Assembly: GCA_964187785.1 (NCBI GenBank)
Contig: OZ076415.1
Span: 18,910,001-18,974,000, forward strand
DNA: 64,000 nt
Direction of reading: 5' to 3'
DNA from: Amphiscolops sp. MND2022
Taxonomy: Eukaryota
The notes beneath the pieces are model-generated. The model saw nothing but the letters and a program-made list of their open reading frames with translations, was not told where the DNA came from and did no database searches. Below, in pieces: positions 1 to 13,600 of this stretch. A program made the translations under genes and the position numbers. Each line of letters opens with the position of its first letter. The stretch's first letter is position 1.

Positions 1-2072
1 ACCTTTGTGGATCAAAGATTCCATTTTGCGGGTACGACTAATATTAGCCGACCAAGAAGAAGAATAGTAGAAAATGATGGAAACAACACACGATTGGAAG
101 AGGTTGCGTTTTACTCTCGAAGGAACTTGATGGGGCACAGACAGTCGCAAAAAATTCAAACTTTTAGTCGCATTGACAAATTTTGTCAAAATATGAGCAT
201 TCCAGCTTAGATTATTCGATATTGTGACACCTAGATCGACCGCCCTTGACTTTTCCTGCAAAAGTTGATATCCAAGAACTAAATGATAAGCTTTCGTTTT
301 CTGAAAATGCAAGTAGCAGCATTTGTCTTAATGAAATGTCATTTGGTTGTCATAAGCCCAGAGAGAGATTGTGCTCAGATCTGACTTTTCAGGATCAACA
401 CTTGAGCAGATTTATTATCATCAGCGAAGCAGTAGCAGTGGAAGAATTCTGGAAGAGCGAGCATGTCATCAATATAAAGTACAAAGAAGAGAGAACCCAC
501 AACACTGCCCTGAGGAACTCCACTTGATACTTCACCAACAGTTGATAGTGTGTCGTCAATTCTAACTCTTTGTGTCCTACATGTCAGATATGAGTGACTG
601 AGTCGGAGAAGGCTGTCATCGAAACCAAATTTTGAGAGTTTGTCAAGGAGGGTTGCAGAAGATACTGAGTCGAAAGCCTTTTGAATATCTAAGTAAACGA
701 CTATTTGCTCCTCATTGATGTCAAAATTTTGATACAGCTCATCTAAGAATTCGATCAGCTGAGTACCAGTGGATTTACCACGTTGGAAACCATGCTGGCG
801 ATAGTTTATTTTGTTTCGGAGTTCCCTGTAAATCAAGTCGAATAGCAATTTTTCGAATATCAACGAGAGCCTGGGTAGAATCGAGATTGGTCTGTAATTT
901 TGAATATCACTACGGCTTCCTTTTTTGTGAACTGGTGTAACAAAGGCGCATTTCCAGATATCGGGCCAACTGAGTGTTGACGTTATGTAGGTAAAAAGTA
1001 GGTCAAACGGAGCAAGATGTTCAGACATGGTATTTAGAAGTACAGGAGGTATTCCATCGGCAGCTGGTTTGTTTGATCGGGGAACATTTTCAAGTTATTT
1101 TTGGATGATTTCCACTAAAAAGCATAAATCACTCAAGAAAATTGAGGGGTTATCAGCTTGGGGAAAGACAGTTTCCTCATTGGATTCGATATACACCGAG
1201 CAGAAGAAACGGTTGAACAGGTCAGCTTTGGCGAAAGCATTATTCGCAGAAAGAGATCCATATGTCATAGTGGATGGATAAGATGCGTTGTTGTTTAGTT
1301 TTCTGAGAAGGGTGAAGGCATCATGTGTGGTGTAGGTCGTTAAATTGCGCAGAAGTACAGTCTTATCCATTTCGATCAGAGTCGCAAGATCACTAGATAA
1401 CTTTTGAAGGACTGCTGTTGGAGCGGAGCGACGCTCGGCTGACCTTAATTTGTTGATCTGATGTACGGTTTGAGACGAGTAGAAAAAAGGTAGTTGGAGA
1501 CGTTTTTGACGTTTTCTAGGTAACGAAAGTTGCATCGCGTGGTCCAAAAGTTGAAACCATCGAAACAAGAAAGAAGGATTCTGAGAGTGACAGGATTCAG
1601 CCAGCGCTCGGTTCATGACAAACACTTCCTTGAATAAACTGTAATTGAATTGTGCGAAAAAAAAATTGTGTCTCGTGATTTTCAAGAGTCATTACTACAT
1701 CTGTAATTAAAATGACTGGAGAGTGATCCGACATGTCTCTTTCGAGGACAGTGTAGCTCCATTTGAGTTCATGGGAAAAGAAAGCTAAGTCCAGAATATT
1801 ACCCGATTTATGAGTCGGTGAGTCAATGATTTGAACAAGTGAGGTCTCGACACAAAGAAAGTCTATAAGTGATTGTTCCTCAGAGAGGGTCGAGGACCCA
1901 GTGTCCCAGCAAGCTTTTCGAAAGTTGAAGTCACCGAGAACAAGTACTTCCACAGAATGACACGCTGACGGAATTATTCTCTCGATTTCGGTTAGTATAC
2001 GTTTCAAATCCAAGATGACCACAGAATAATCGATATGGAAATCTGATGTTCGACCAGGTAGGTAAAACAGGA
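1..2072 (-). mobile_element. CR1/L2-like LINE (LINE-A), 3' part of ORF2: endonuclease C-terminus, linker and reverse transcriptase, frameshifted; continues beyond window start
   Basis: Minus-strand peptides with LINE RT motifs [42 protein letters not shown] (375-1028) and APE motifs VLGDFN, GNILDL, SDHSPV (1690-2072). Interrupted at 2072 by the Gypsy insertion. Confidence 0.93.
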
Positions 2073-4458
2073 TGTCACAGCCCGCTCCCGGTCTGGCTTG
2101 TGGTTGCCGACGGCTGAAGATAGGGAGAGGACATGGAAGCAATCTGAGATTCCCCAAATCTTATTTTAACTGGTAACTCTAAAACTTTATCTTTGAAATA
2201 AACTGTGACTAGAAATGTGAAAATACATCTAAACCGCGCAAACTTCAACTGGAAATGAAAACAGAGAACAAAATGAACCAAAATGATTTCACGCATTTCC
2301 GGTAAGACGTATTTGTCACGTCAAAATAGCAACATTCGCCACCTGGAAACTAAATTGAATTACATTCTAAAACAAAGAAAGCATGGTCTAATCTAAATGA
2401 AAACGTAGTCAAAATCATCTCCCAAAAGAACATTAATCAGATCTAAAATAGAAAATACACTGAGATGGCACACCGATTGGTTTAAGCCTTTTTCTTAGAA
2501 AGGCAGCTTAATTACTCTTTGAACAGCAATTAAAGTGGTTTAGGACGTCAATACTGCGCTGAGTAAACAAAGCGGCAAAAGAAATAAGAATACATGTATA
2601 TTTGTCGTCAGAAGGACGCAGACAAGTTTGAAGGCATACCAATTGACGTCACTGCCTCGCATACGCGTACCAGCAAATCATTCCAATTATCCGCCTATGC
2701 TAATAACATTGCTAGGAATCATTCCAATTTACCGCCACTGTGACGTCACTGCACCGGCAGCTAGCGAGAGACTCATTGCTAAAATACTCGTCAGCATTGC
2801 GTCAGACTAGTCAAAATCTCTATTCTGCCAAGAAAACTCGTCAACATGACGTTGACAAGTTTATGAGATTGAGCAAAATGGATGAATTTGCAAGATCAGT
2901 TAAGGTTTCATCGCACTAAAGTTGCTAACATGCTAAAAGAAAATGATTGCAGGCTATTTCAATTCGTAAAATAAGTGTAGATGCGGTATTCCCTATAACT
3001 TAAAGTACCAACTTAAAGTAGTTTCGACACATTCGACACATATAGAATAGTTTAATTCCACGATAATTGATCGTCTCGCAGTTATCAACTTCGAGGAAAT
3101 TCCATTACATAAATCATTTTTCCTCTATAGGAGTTCTTAGTAAAATAATCAGAAAGTCACAGTTTATGCTTTCAACTAAAGTATATTTTGTACTGAAAAT
3201 GTATTTTCATATACTTCGCATTTTTGTACTCTATGATAATGAACGCTATATTTATGACCAAGGTCATATTTTTCATACTAATTCAGTTGTTGCTATCCAT
3301 TAAATGCGTTGCGTTGTCGTTGCTATTTAACAAACGTTGCTGTTAATTTTGTAAAACTTGTCGCAGTTGTCACGACTTGACAAATTTACTAATGGTGCAT
3401 TATTTTAATACCATGTTTTTTAATTCTATTTCCAACGAAAGGATGAGTCCAAATTCATAAATTATCGTCTTAGCATCGTTCAAATAATCACGCTTTGGAA
3501 TTAGTCATAGCATTTTGATCAAGCCGAATTTCAAAATCAGGTATTTGTTGTTCACGTCAGCGTCATCTCAGCGTCAATTTCCCGCGAACCAAAGCAGTAA
3601 AACAGGGAAACATTTCCGGTTTGACAGACTGAAGTAATATCTACTTCCTGCTTGGGAGGAAGCAAAAGGACGCCGGGATGAAATGATATGATCATGTTTG
3701 ATGACTAATGCTGGTTTAAAATTGTCGTGTCCTAAAAATCGACGAAATGTCGACGCAATTTTGGGAACTTCGTGACTTTTTCATCGTTAAAACAGGAAAT
3801 GACTAATTGTTCGAGGGAAATTAGGGATTATAGTCGTGATCAAATGATGCTGGAAGGGTATAAATATAATAGGATTTGATGATTAAGGGACTCAGTCTTT
3901 TGCTAGTGCTACAACTCAGTTGTTCCAAACTTGCTATTCTCAAACTATTTTCGTTCTTCTAACCCTGTTGAAAATCAGAAAGTGAAAATTGAATTCTTCA
4001 AGAATAAATCTTTCTTCAACAATATGTCTACAACACGAAGCCAAAAGAGAAAGAATACCCAGCGAGAAGCTGATGATAACGTGAGTAAAGGTTTTGTATC
4101 ACCAATAAATATGGAGACCATGTCAAGAAAATACTAAATCGCGCATATCTCGAAGACAAACCCTACAACGACATAGTAGAATTAGCGGGTCCTTCAAGAC
4201 CTAAGTCCCCGAGGGTAGAAAATAGCTTCTTGGAAAGCATAAGGTCCTCTCTGAAGGAAGAAATAACGTCCGAGATAAGGGCTCTTTTGCTTGAGTGTCA
4301 AAAGGAAATGTTGAAACTCTTGAGATCTGAAACGAAAGAAAACGCAAGGGATGAAGCATCAGAAGAGCTAGGAAATGAAACGCGAAACCTCTATACTCCG
4401 ACAAAAACAGTGCGAATTAGTTCTACCCAAAACGAAGATCATAGTATAATTCGTAACA
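2073..4458 (+). repeat. 5' LTR of Gypsy-1 (2386 bp)
   Basis: Near-identical to 15795-18240, with TG...CA ends. Candidate TATAAA at 3859-3864 and AATAAA at 4003-4008. Confidence 0.96.
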
Positions 4459-5501
4459 TGGTGACAGGAGTTTTAAACGACTCCACCAATCAACCCAAGA
4501 GAACGAAGGCCCGATCTCAAAGTCAACCTCCGTCAAAAGAACGCCCAACAGCAGCGCGAACTTTGTTCGCCCCAGACAAAACTAGCGCCACGACATTACC
4601 CATGCCAAAAGCTCCAACAGCATCACTCCCAACTTTTGACGGGAAATCCAAAAAATTTGAGCTTTTCGAAGACCTCTTTAGGAACAACATCAAGATGTAT
4701 CCACACCTTACAGAACTACAGAAGATAAACTACTTCCACTCCCTACTTAGAGGAGACGCCCTGCAAGCCTTTTGCAACATCGAAGACTCCAAGAAAGACT
4801 CACTGGACGAGATCATGACGATATTCAAACGACGATTTGGGGACTACCTGTCAATGGCAAAGGCTAGATGTGAACGGGACGCGCTAAAATTTGATCCCTC
4901 GACACAAAAACTCCACGAGTTTCTGGATGTACTCCAGAAAACCGCAAAAGAAGCTTTTGGATCAGAAGCGCAACAATTCATAGACAAGGCTATATACGCC
5001 AAAATGCCAGACCATGTCAAGAAAATACTAAATCGCGCATATCTCGAAGACAAACCCTACAACGACATAGTACTCCATCTGGAAAGGGAAATGCATCTCA
5101 AGGGACTAGGAGCACCAGACGAGGTAACGTTAGTACCCCTGAACAAAATCGAACCCGCTCAAACAAAAACTGAGCCTAAACCAGCCAAAAACACCGCTCA
5201 GACCACCAAAAAAGGGTACTGCTTTTACTGTAATAATTTAGGACATTATAACGCTGAATGCCGAAAAATGAAAAGGGACAAATGGATGCAAACCCGCAGA
5301 AACAACGGGCCGAGCAACCACAGTGCAGGCAAACCACCCAAATGCGACACCTGCGGCAAACCACACAAAACAGAAGATTGTTGGAATGGAGCCAATGCTG
5401 CCAACGATCCACGACCCAAGCGTCACAACACACAAGAACGTAAGATGGACACCTCTGCCACACAACCAATGAACCAACCAGAAGATGAATCAAAAAACTA
5501 A
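4024..5501 (+). pseudogene. Gypsy-1 gag, starting inside the LTR; broken by an insertion at 4115-4178
   Basis: ATG 4024 (MSTTRSQKRK). The intact N-terminus is visible in the 3' LTR copy (17841-18240). ORF 4230-5501 has capsid-like LPTFDGK..FEDLF and two zinc knuckles (CFYCNNLGHYNAEC, CDTCGKPHKTEDC). Confidence 0.88.
4459..4471 (+). promoter_or_regulatory. Primer binding site of Gypsy-1, probably tRNA-Leu
   Basis: TGGTGACAGGAGT directly follows the LTR; 12/13 match to the complement of the tRNA-Leu(CAG) 3' end as I recall it (TGGTGTCAGGAGT). Confidence 0.7.
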
Positions 5502-5545
5502 TTACGCCGCGCCTGCGCTTTGGGGAAACAGTAGACGCGAGGGCG
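5492..5545 (+). promoter_or_regulatory. -1 ribosomal frameshift signal between gag and pol
   Basis: A AAA AAC (5492-5498) is in canonical phase just before the gag stop (5499-5501) and is followed by a GC-rich segment. The -1 frame is open from 5498 to 7120 (read codon by codon to the ATG at 5861, ORF track thereafter). Confidence 0.8.
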
Positions 5546-8500
5546 TATTCACCAGAAGACCCCCCTACCATATACACAACCGATACAACAACAAGATGCA
5601 CTGACACTCCAACAGAAAATTGGCTGAGACAACAAGCCAGCGCCTCCATTAAGAGACCACCATCAGAAAAAGGTCAGGAAACAACATTCCTCCAAGATCA
5701 AGATTACAGAAGCGATCATCAAAATCACACAAATCCATTTTCTCAGCCAACCACCAACACCAAGGAACTCTCTACTACAACTCAAACAGACAACAATGAA
5801 AACGCCCCCGACGACAACCCCACGTCACAAACGACCGAGGAAGTTACGCACAAAACCACCATGACATCTGCCTTCCATAACAACTTCCCCATCGCACTCA
5901 ACTCAATCAAAGAGTACATAACTGAAAGAGACGGAGATACCTACATACCTCTCCACTCAACAATAGTCCTCAAGAACAGAAGACGAATGCTTTACTTGCC
6001 ACTGGAATTTGGAGAACTAACAATGGACAGCCTCGTCGACTCAGGAGCGTTCATCAATGCCATGTCATGGTCTGATTACAACGCCATTAAAATGAACAGC
6101 GATAATTGCGTCATAAAGGAGTACCCACAACCTCCCTTCAAAATTGAATGTGCAAACGCGCAACTAGAACAACCTATCGCCACAGCTGATATCCAATTCA
6201 ATATCGGAACATACACGTTCACTGACACCTTTGTCATACTATCAAAGACCTCATTCCCCATAATTGGACTGAACTTCATGAGAAATCACCAAGCAGTGAT
6301 AGATACAGCCAATGGGACCATCACCTTCCCCCATGTCGAAATGACATTAGCCATGACAGATGAAAAGAAAAACTGTAACCCCAAACCGCTTCAAATCATG
6401 GCTGAAGGGAACCAGACACTGCCTCCACAACAAACAACAACTGTAAATGCAATAGTTATAACCACCAACGCAACCGACATCACAGGAGCAGTACAACCGC
6501 TACCACAGTTCGATGAAACAGCCACCATCATCGTCGCACCAGCACTAGCCACAGCTCACAACAAACGAATCAACCTACGAATAGCCAACTTGACAGATTT
6601 CCCGCACACCATAAAAAACCATACCAAATTGGCAGAACTGCAAATTCTGAGGCCAGAGGACACCAAACAAATACGACCTGTAGATGTTGCAACGTTGACC
6701 ACCCTACAAGACCCAGATGACACACACATATATGTAAATGAGCTCATGAAATCCACAAACAACGAACAAAATGACGAAAACCTCTGGTTCGCAACACCTG
6801 AAAACCCAGGGAACGAGGATGAACACACACCAATACAAAAGCGAATATTAAAAGAAATTAGAGAACTCATCAAGAAAGAACAACTCGACCCCACCAAAGA
6901 TCCAGATTCAAGAAAAGAGTTTGTCCACATGTTCAAATGGGAAGGATCACAAATTGAAGGCAATGACAAAAAACAATTAGAACAAACGATAGTTGAATAC
7001 AATGACATCTTTGCACGTCACAGACTCGACATTGGCATCAATGATAGCTTCAAAGTGAAGCTGACGCCAGCCAAAAGACGAACGCCCCATATACACGCAG
7101 AGCCTACCAGTACCGATTAACCTCAAAGAAGATCTAACAGTTGAACTGGCACTCATGCATAGGTACGGCAATATGCCAGTCCAGTTTTTGCACAACGTAA
7201 ACCAAATGGTAAACTACGTCTACTCGTCGACCTACGAAAAATCAATGCACTGATATCCGACGACTATATCAACAATAACCACCCAGTCAGTACCATGTCG
7301 GACGCAGCCCAACACTTAGCTGGGAAAAAGTTGTTCTGCAAATTAGATTGCTCCCAAGCATACCACTGTCTACAAATGGCAGACCAGAGATCAATTGAAA
7401 TGCTAGCGTTCAACTTCGCAAGCAGGACGTTCGCCTACAAACGACTAGCACAAGGACTGAGTAGAGCTTTATCAGCATTCTCTAGTTTCATGAGAGAATA
7501 TTTAGACAAAGTAATCAAGGCTGATCAGTGCGCGCAATACGTAGACGACATCGGAATAGCTGCAAACTCCGTGACGCAACTGATACGGAACATTCGAGCT
7601 GTCTTCGAATGCATCAGACAAGCAGGACTCAAACTATCCATCGACAAATGCCACTTTGGAGTGACCGAGGTCGAATTCCTTGGAAGAACGATCACCCCAC
7701 AAGGAATCGCCCCCAAGACCACAAAATCCAGAAATTCTTAGCAAATGTACGATTCCCGAAATCAAAGAAACAAGTACCGAGATACATAGGCTTTGTCAAC
7801 TACTACCGCAACTATATCCCGAGGTTGTCTGAGAAGCTACTCGGTTTCTACGAACTACTGAAAGCTGACAAACAAATCAAAGTCACAGAAGATCTGTTGG
7901 ATCACTACAAAGCGATCAACGCAGCGCTAGCGGAAGCATGTGGACTAGCCCTCAAACAACCAATCACAGGACGACAATACGTCTTAATGACGGATGCTAG
8001 CTTTCGTGCCTCAGGATACGCGTTAATGATCGAAGAAGAAAACGACAAAAAACTCAATTCCAAGAAGAAAACTTTTGCGCCTGTAGCATTTGGATCAAAA
8101 GTATTTTCACCAGCACAACTGAAGATGTCAATCTATTGCAAAGAATTTCTGGCAATCTACCATGCGTTCCTAGAATACAGCCACATATTGTGGGAAACAA
8201 CCCTACCAACTCTCGTAATGACAGACAACAGATCAGTAACGAGGTTCTTCCAAACAAAAGCGATTCCCCCCACGCTATGGAATGCATGTGACTATGTCCT
8301 ACAGTTCAATTTTCACATCATGCATGTAGCCGGGACGCAAAACACGGCTGCTGATTTCTTATCGAGAATTGACCTTAACCCTAAAGAAAAAGTCGAACTA
8401 AAAATCCGAAACGATATTACGATCCAACCAATACAAGTAAACCTTCAATCGACAGACGTCGCAGATGAAGAACAACTCTTTTTCCTCCCAGAGGAAACGA

Positions 8501-10411
8501 TTGAAACAGAAGAGGAAATCCTCCTACAAAAAGAACAAGCAAGACAAAATGCACGAGACGAGGAGACGACGAAAATAAAGTTGTCAATAAGAAACAACCC
8601 CAATCCCAATAAACAAGGCATCATACACCTTTGGGGCAATCAAAGAAGATGCACGCATTAGAGTTGAACAAGATTCAGATCTAGTTTTCAAAGCAATCAA
8701 AAGAAAACTGATCTGTGAAGAATACGACAAACACCTCTTACAAACAGATCTGAAAGCCAAACGCCTCTTAGTTCACGAAAATAGACTCATCGTCAAAGAC
8801 GGAGTACTAATGCGCAAATACTACGGAGAATGCGGTCAAGTTACACACAACCAAATATTAATCCCCGAACACCTGATTACAGAACTTCTGAAAGCAATCC
8901 ATGGACAAATGGGAAAACACCCAGGAATCACAAAAATGATCCAAGAATGCCGATCAAAGTACTACTACCCTGGCTTAGCAAAAAGAATCAGACAGTGGGT
9001 AATGCAATGTGAAGATTGCATTAAATACAAAAGAATCAACAATAGCCAAATCCGACCGAAGATGATCAACAACACAGAACACGTATTAGGACCAGAAGAT
9101 ATACTCGAAATCGACATATTGCCAAACCTACCAAACTCTGCAGGATACCAGAACATTGTCACAATGATCGATATATTCTCACGTTACCTATTCGCATACC
9201 CAACGCAGAATGCCACTGCGAAAACAATCGGACGATGCATCGTCGACGTCATGACCAGACATGCATATCTGCCAACTTTAATTTTGTCAGACAAAGGCTC
9301 ACAATTCAGATCAGAAGTCGTCGCAGAAATAACGCAAATCCTTGAAATTCAAATCAGCCATGCGTCCACAAAACATGCACAAACAATCGGAATTTTGGAA
9401 AGGACACACGCCTCAATCAAGACCGCACTCAAAATATCAACGGGTTAAAGACGTTCAATGTGGCACAAATACGTCCAAATTGCAGTCATGAATTACAATA
9501 CGACGTACCACGAAACCTTAGGATGTGAACCATCTACAGTATTCCACGGACGTATACCCTACAATGTTCTTGACTTAAAATTGGGCATCAAGCCAAAGTG
9601 GAAAACTATGCCCAACTCGGACATAGCAGAGCAACTACAAAAACAAATTGACGAAGTGCGGGCGACAGCGAAAGACAACATCATGCTGTCTTACCTCAAA
9701 TACAAAAAATATTACGACTGCAAAGCGTCAGCAGCTCCGCTCAAAGTCAACGACTACTGCTATATCCTCAACCCAAAAGCCGACAACCAGTCGACAAAGT
9801 TTGCGTTTCAAGATTGCATCTGGACAGGACCGTATATTGTGATAAAAATACTATCCAACAACAACTATACAATTCGAAGACTTGGCACACGATACACACA
9901 AACATTACATAGGATCAGAATACGCCCTTACGTGCCAGAACAACGACTGCCTGACGTCACAGTACGTACAAATGATTACCTTCCTGATCCGAACGTCAAA
10001 GTGTCACACAATGAGTGGTACGCGGTATCGTGGGAAATGTATTTCGGAAAACAGATTGACGAACATGAAACATTAAAAAGTACAGAAAACAATCGACACA
10101 CAGAAATACAAGAAGTGACAAATACGAACGACGAAGACACGACGTCTCAAATGCCAAGAAACCAAACTGATGACACAAATGACGAGGCGCCGCCGTCTCC
10201 GGATTTTTCAAATCTTTCTACAGAAGTGGGGGACAACCCATACATACGACGCCCCCCACCCATTGAAAGTCCACCTATTCCCCCAAGATCACCGCCTACA
10301 ACTATCGGATATAACCCGAGAAAAACAGCAAAGTATAACCTGAGACCTAATCCTAAGCCTAATGCAAATCCTGACTTCCGACGACTTGACGCTATAACTA
10401 CAACTTACTAA
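5498..10411 (+). pseudogene. Gypsy-1 pol (protease, RT, RNase H, integrase) with several frameshifts and stops
   Basis: LVDSGA protease; QYVDDIG RT; MTDASF RNase H; H-H-C-C zinc finger, LEIDIL, SDKGSQF and ERTH integrase. Pieces at 5861-7120, 7295-7741, 7528-8661, 8810-9448 and 9458-10411. Confidence 0.93.
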
Positions 10412-10660
10412 ATGAAAAGACAGTATCAGTAGTCCAAACCGAACCGGTCTGACGATTTTCAATTGCAGGCATACTACGGCCTGAACGAATATTTTTTTTC
10501 TCTACCTTTTTCTTTTCAACTGCAGCATTTGGAATATCATCCACGCCAGCATAATACAAAGATACAAAAGAAAGCAACAATTAATACAATCTACATTACA
10601 ACGTCACAACAAAGCAAGAGTACTACAATAAACATGGAAACTGTCTTAAAGTAAAAGTCA

Positions 10661-13600
10661 CTATTTCTTCGAGCTAGATTCACCACTTTTACTGGCAGAC
10701 TTTTTGGACTTCTTCTTGACCACGTTCACAGGCTCCGGTATGACTTCGAAACCACCACGAGAAGCATCTTTCTTTCGCCCAAGCAAAGACGCCAGGCTAC
10801 TGTGAACCCGCGTCTTACTCCGCCTAAATGAACTGGTATCACTTGAACTAAGCATAGGAGGGAGAGACGCAGCTGACGCAACACTATCTGACAATACTGC
10901 CGACGATACATCGTCATCGCCACCAGAACGCAAACCTGGGTTCAAAACATCAGGAGCGCAGGTCTGTTGTGAAACCTCACCCCTTTTCCGGTCGACCCGA
11001 GTTTTAAAAAGACCAGTATAACGCTTCACAAAAGCAGCCTGACCTTCACTGCAAATTCCAGTCCAGGGATCGTAGCCAGCATTTGACATAAAAGACTGCG
11101 AAGCATCAATTGCATCACGAACGTCTTTCATTGTAAACTTGGTAAAAAATGAACACAGTTTAAAATCAGAAGCAGAAACACAACTTTGCACACCACTAAT
11201 ACAGGAAGCTATCACCCACTCGGACACTTGACAGTTTGTCAGACCAAGATCCACAGAAGGGTAATCAACACGAGGTTTCAGCGCTACCAAACAACATAAC
11301 TTGAAGACGCGAACTAAACTCTTGCGGGACAAGAAACTGTAATCTGATAACAAGTATTGCTGAACATCAACAATGTCCTCTGCACTGGCCCCACAATCCT
11401 CATGCCGCCTCCGCGCATCCACAACAAAGGTCGAATACTCCTCGACAGCCGTCCTCGACTCGGAAGATGACAAACAACCACTTGACTCCAGGACCCGAAT
11501 CAATTTGCTAAACAGACCCAACATGTGACGGTCATCTCCTTCTAATAATAATTCTGGACAAAACGCATAAAGTCCTTGAGAAAAATCCCCAGTCACAGGT
11601 TGTTGACCCACAATAGCGTCCACCAGCCGGTCCATGACTTTTCGACACTGCTCGCGGAAAGTTCGCCCACTCCCGTCATTACGACCATGTAAAGTCGACC
11701 CGAACGAATGGTTTCGCAGAAAATCGTCAGGAGAAATAGAATCGAACTCGTCTACCTTCTCCGCATCCATATACTCCTCCCAATTGTGCAAGCCTGGGAG
11801 AGAACTGATTTTCCGGGTACGCGACAACAGGCAGTAGACAAACTGGCACACTTCCATGTAGAAATGAAAACAGTAGTCCATGCGTTTGGACAGCAGCTTC
11901 TTGAAGGAACAACGATCTAAACATGAAACATTTCCACCATATGTATGAAGTCAACATACCCAAAATCCCAACCTGACAGAACCCATCCAATAACATAGCA
12001 AAAGCACAACAACTTACAAAGCTCCAGGATGTGTAGAAGAAGACCCAATCGTAGCTCACCCACACCATCAGAGTACACAGCCCAGTCAGTGCATCGCATC
12101 TGCAAAAATCAAATATTCCCACTAACGTTACCAACACCACACGAGGAAAATAGAGAAAAGAACACAATCAACATGAGAAAAACAACTAAATAGCCAAATA
12201 CATTGATACTACGAACAATGGGACATAACTTACCCGGCCAGCCTCAGTTTTGATATGAAGCGGTGCACTATCTCTGATGAATTTCCGCACTAAAGCCCAC
12301 ACAGAGAGCAAATCCTTCACGACATCACATAGGTCAGAAAAGAGCACTCGTCCAGCAATCACACTCCGTCGCAGTATTGGCAAATCGTCGAACCACGACT
12401 CTTGTAGGGCACCACGCAAACGCAAAACCAGGAAATCAATCATGGTGGTCACTTCCAAACCACCAAACACCTCCTGATAAGCCAGACGGAAACAATGCAA
12501 GAAGACATCCTCGCTGAATTCCCGGAACACGACAAAGCTACGACTGTCCACTCGACTATCACTCAAGACACGTAAGAGCGTAGGACTGCCCCCATGACAA
12601 GCAAGAGGCAACTGGCAAGAAGTCGTGCTGTCAACGACACGAGACAGACCAGCTAATTCTGCTTTAGGCGCATGTTGTCCAGAGGGCTCCACCCAGACAC
12701 AGACACTCATCCAACAGTGCTCGTCCCACGTCTGTACGAAACACTTATGAGTCCTCTCATCCTCGACAAAGAACACACTGTACTCACGAAACGCAGAAAT
12801 CCGCGAAATGAGCAACCGCAATGCCCGAGGGAAAAGCGCACGGCAAATTATTGACTAAAACACAAACCAAAAATTGCATCCCAAAATGCCGAAAGTTACT
12901 CCCTATGACTTCTAGCAGACACCAACACAAAACAACCATATACAAATCAAAAGCGGAAAATAGAACAGGAAAATTAAGACTCACCAAGGATTCAGCAAGG
13001 CTCCAATTCAAACTTTAGAGGGGATTCTCTCGGCCCAAAGTCGCTCGAAAACTCCCCCAAAGACGTCGCAAGAGAGTATAGCTTCCACCCGACCGCAGCA
13101 ACTCAACCAGACAATTGATCATCGTCATCAATGGAACACTCGAATTAGCTTGAGTGCATGCTGGCAACAGATCTTCCGGGAAGCTGAACCCCTCACTTTT
13201 TCCTTTGCGAGGCCGATCACGATACTCCGACAGTTGAGCCTCAGTCAACACCATCGGGTCCATCAATCTGTTGAAAACTGGCATGTCGTTGTGCACACGA
13301 TAGGTCACGTCCAAAACCCAGTGCCGTTTACCGAAGAAGTGGCGAGCAAATTCAGCAGGGCCTCGTGACTCCATCGATACGTCTCGCTGACATATCATAC
13401 AATGGAACAACTTATCAGATCCAGTACTTGACCCACTGACGAAGAGCTCAAACACGGGGTGCCCAGAAACCATGTCGCGTCGCAACCGATTACGAGGACT
13501 GTAGGCTCGTTTTCGCCCTCGAGTGGCCCCCTCCAAAGTCGACTCCATTCTCTGTATCAACTCCTCGAATTCTATAATGGACAAAACGCAATTTCAATAC

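Noticed and set aside
2075-4137. Short ORFs repeated at 2075-2296, 2628-2810, 3067-3303 and their twins near 15797-17120
   Set aside because: They recur only because they lie in the two LTRs; no protein motifs.
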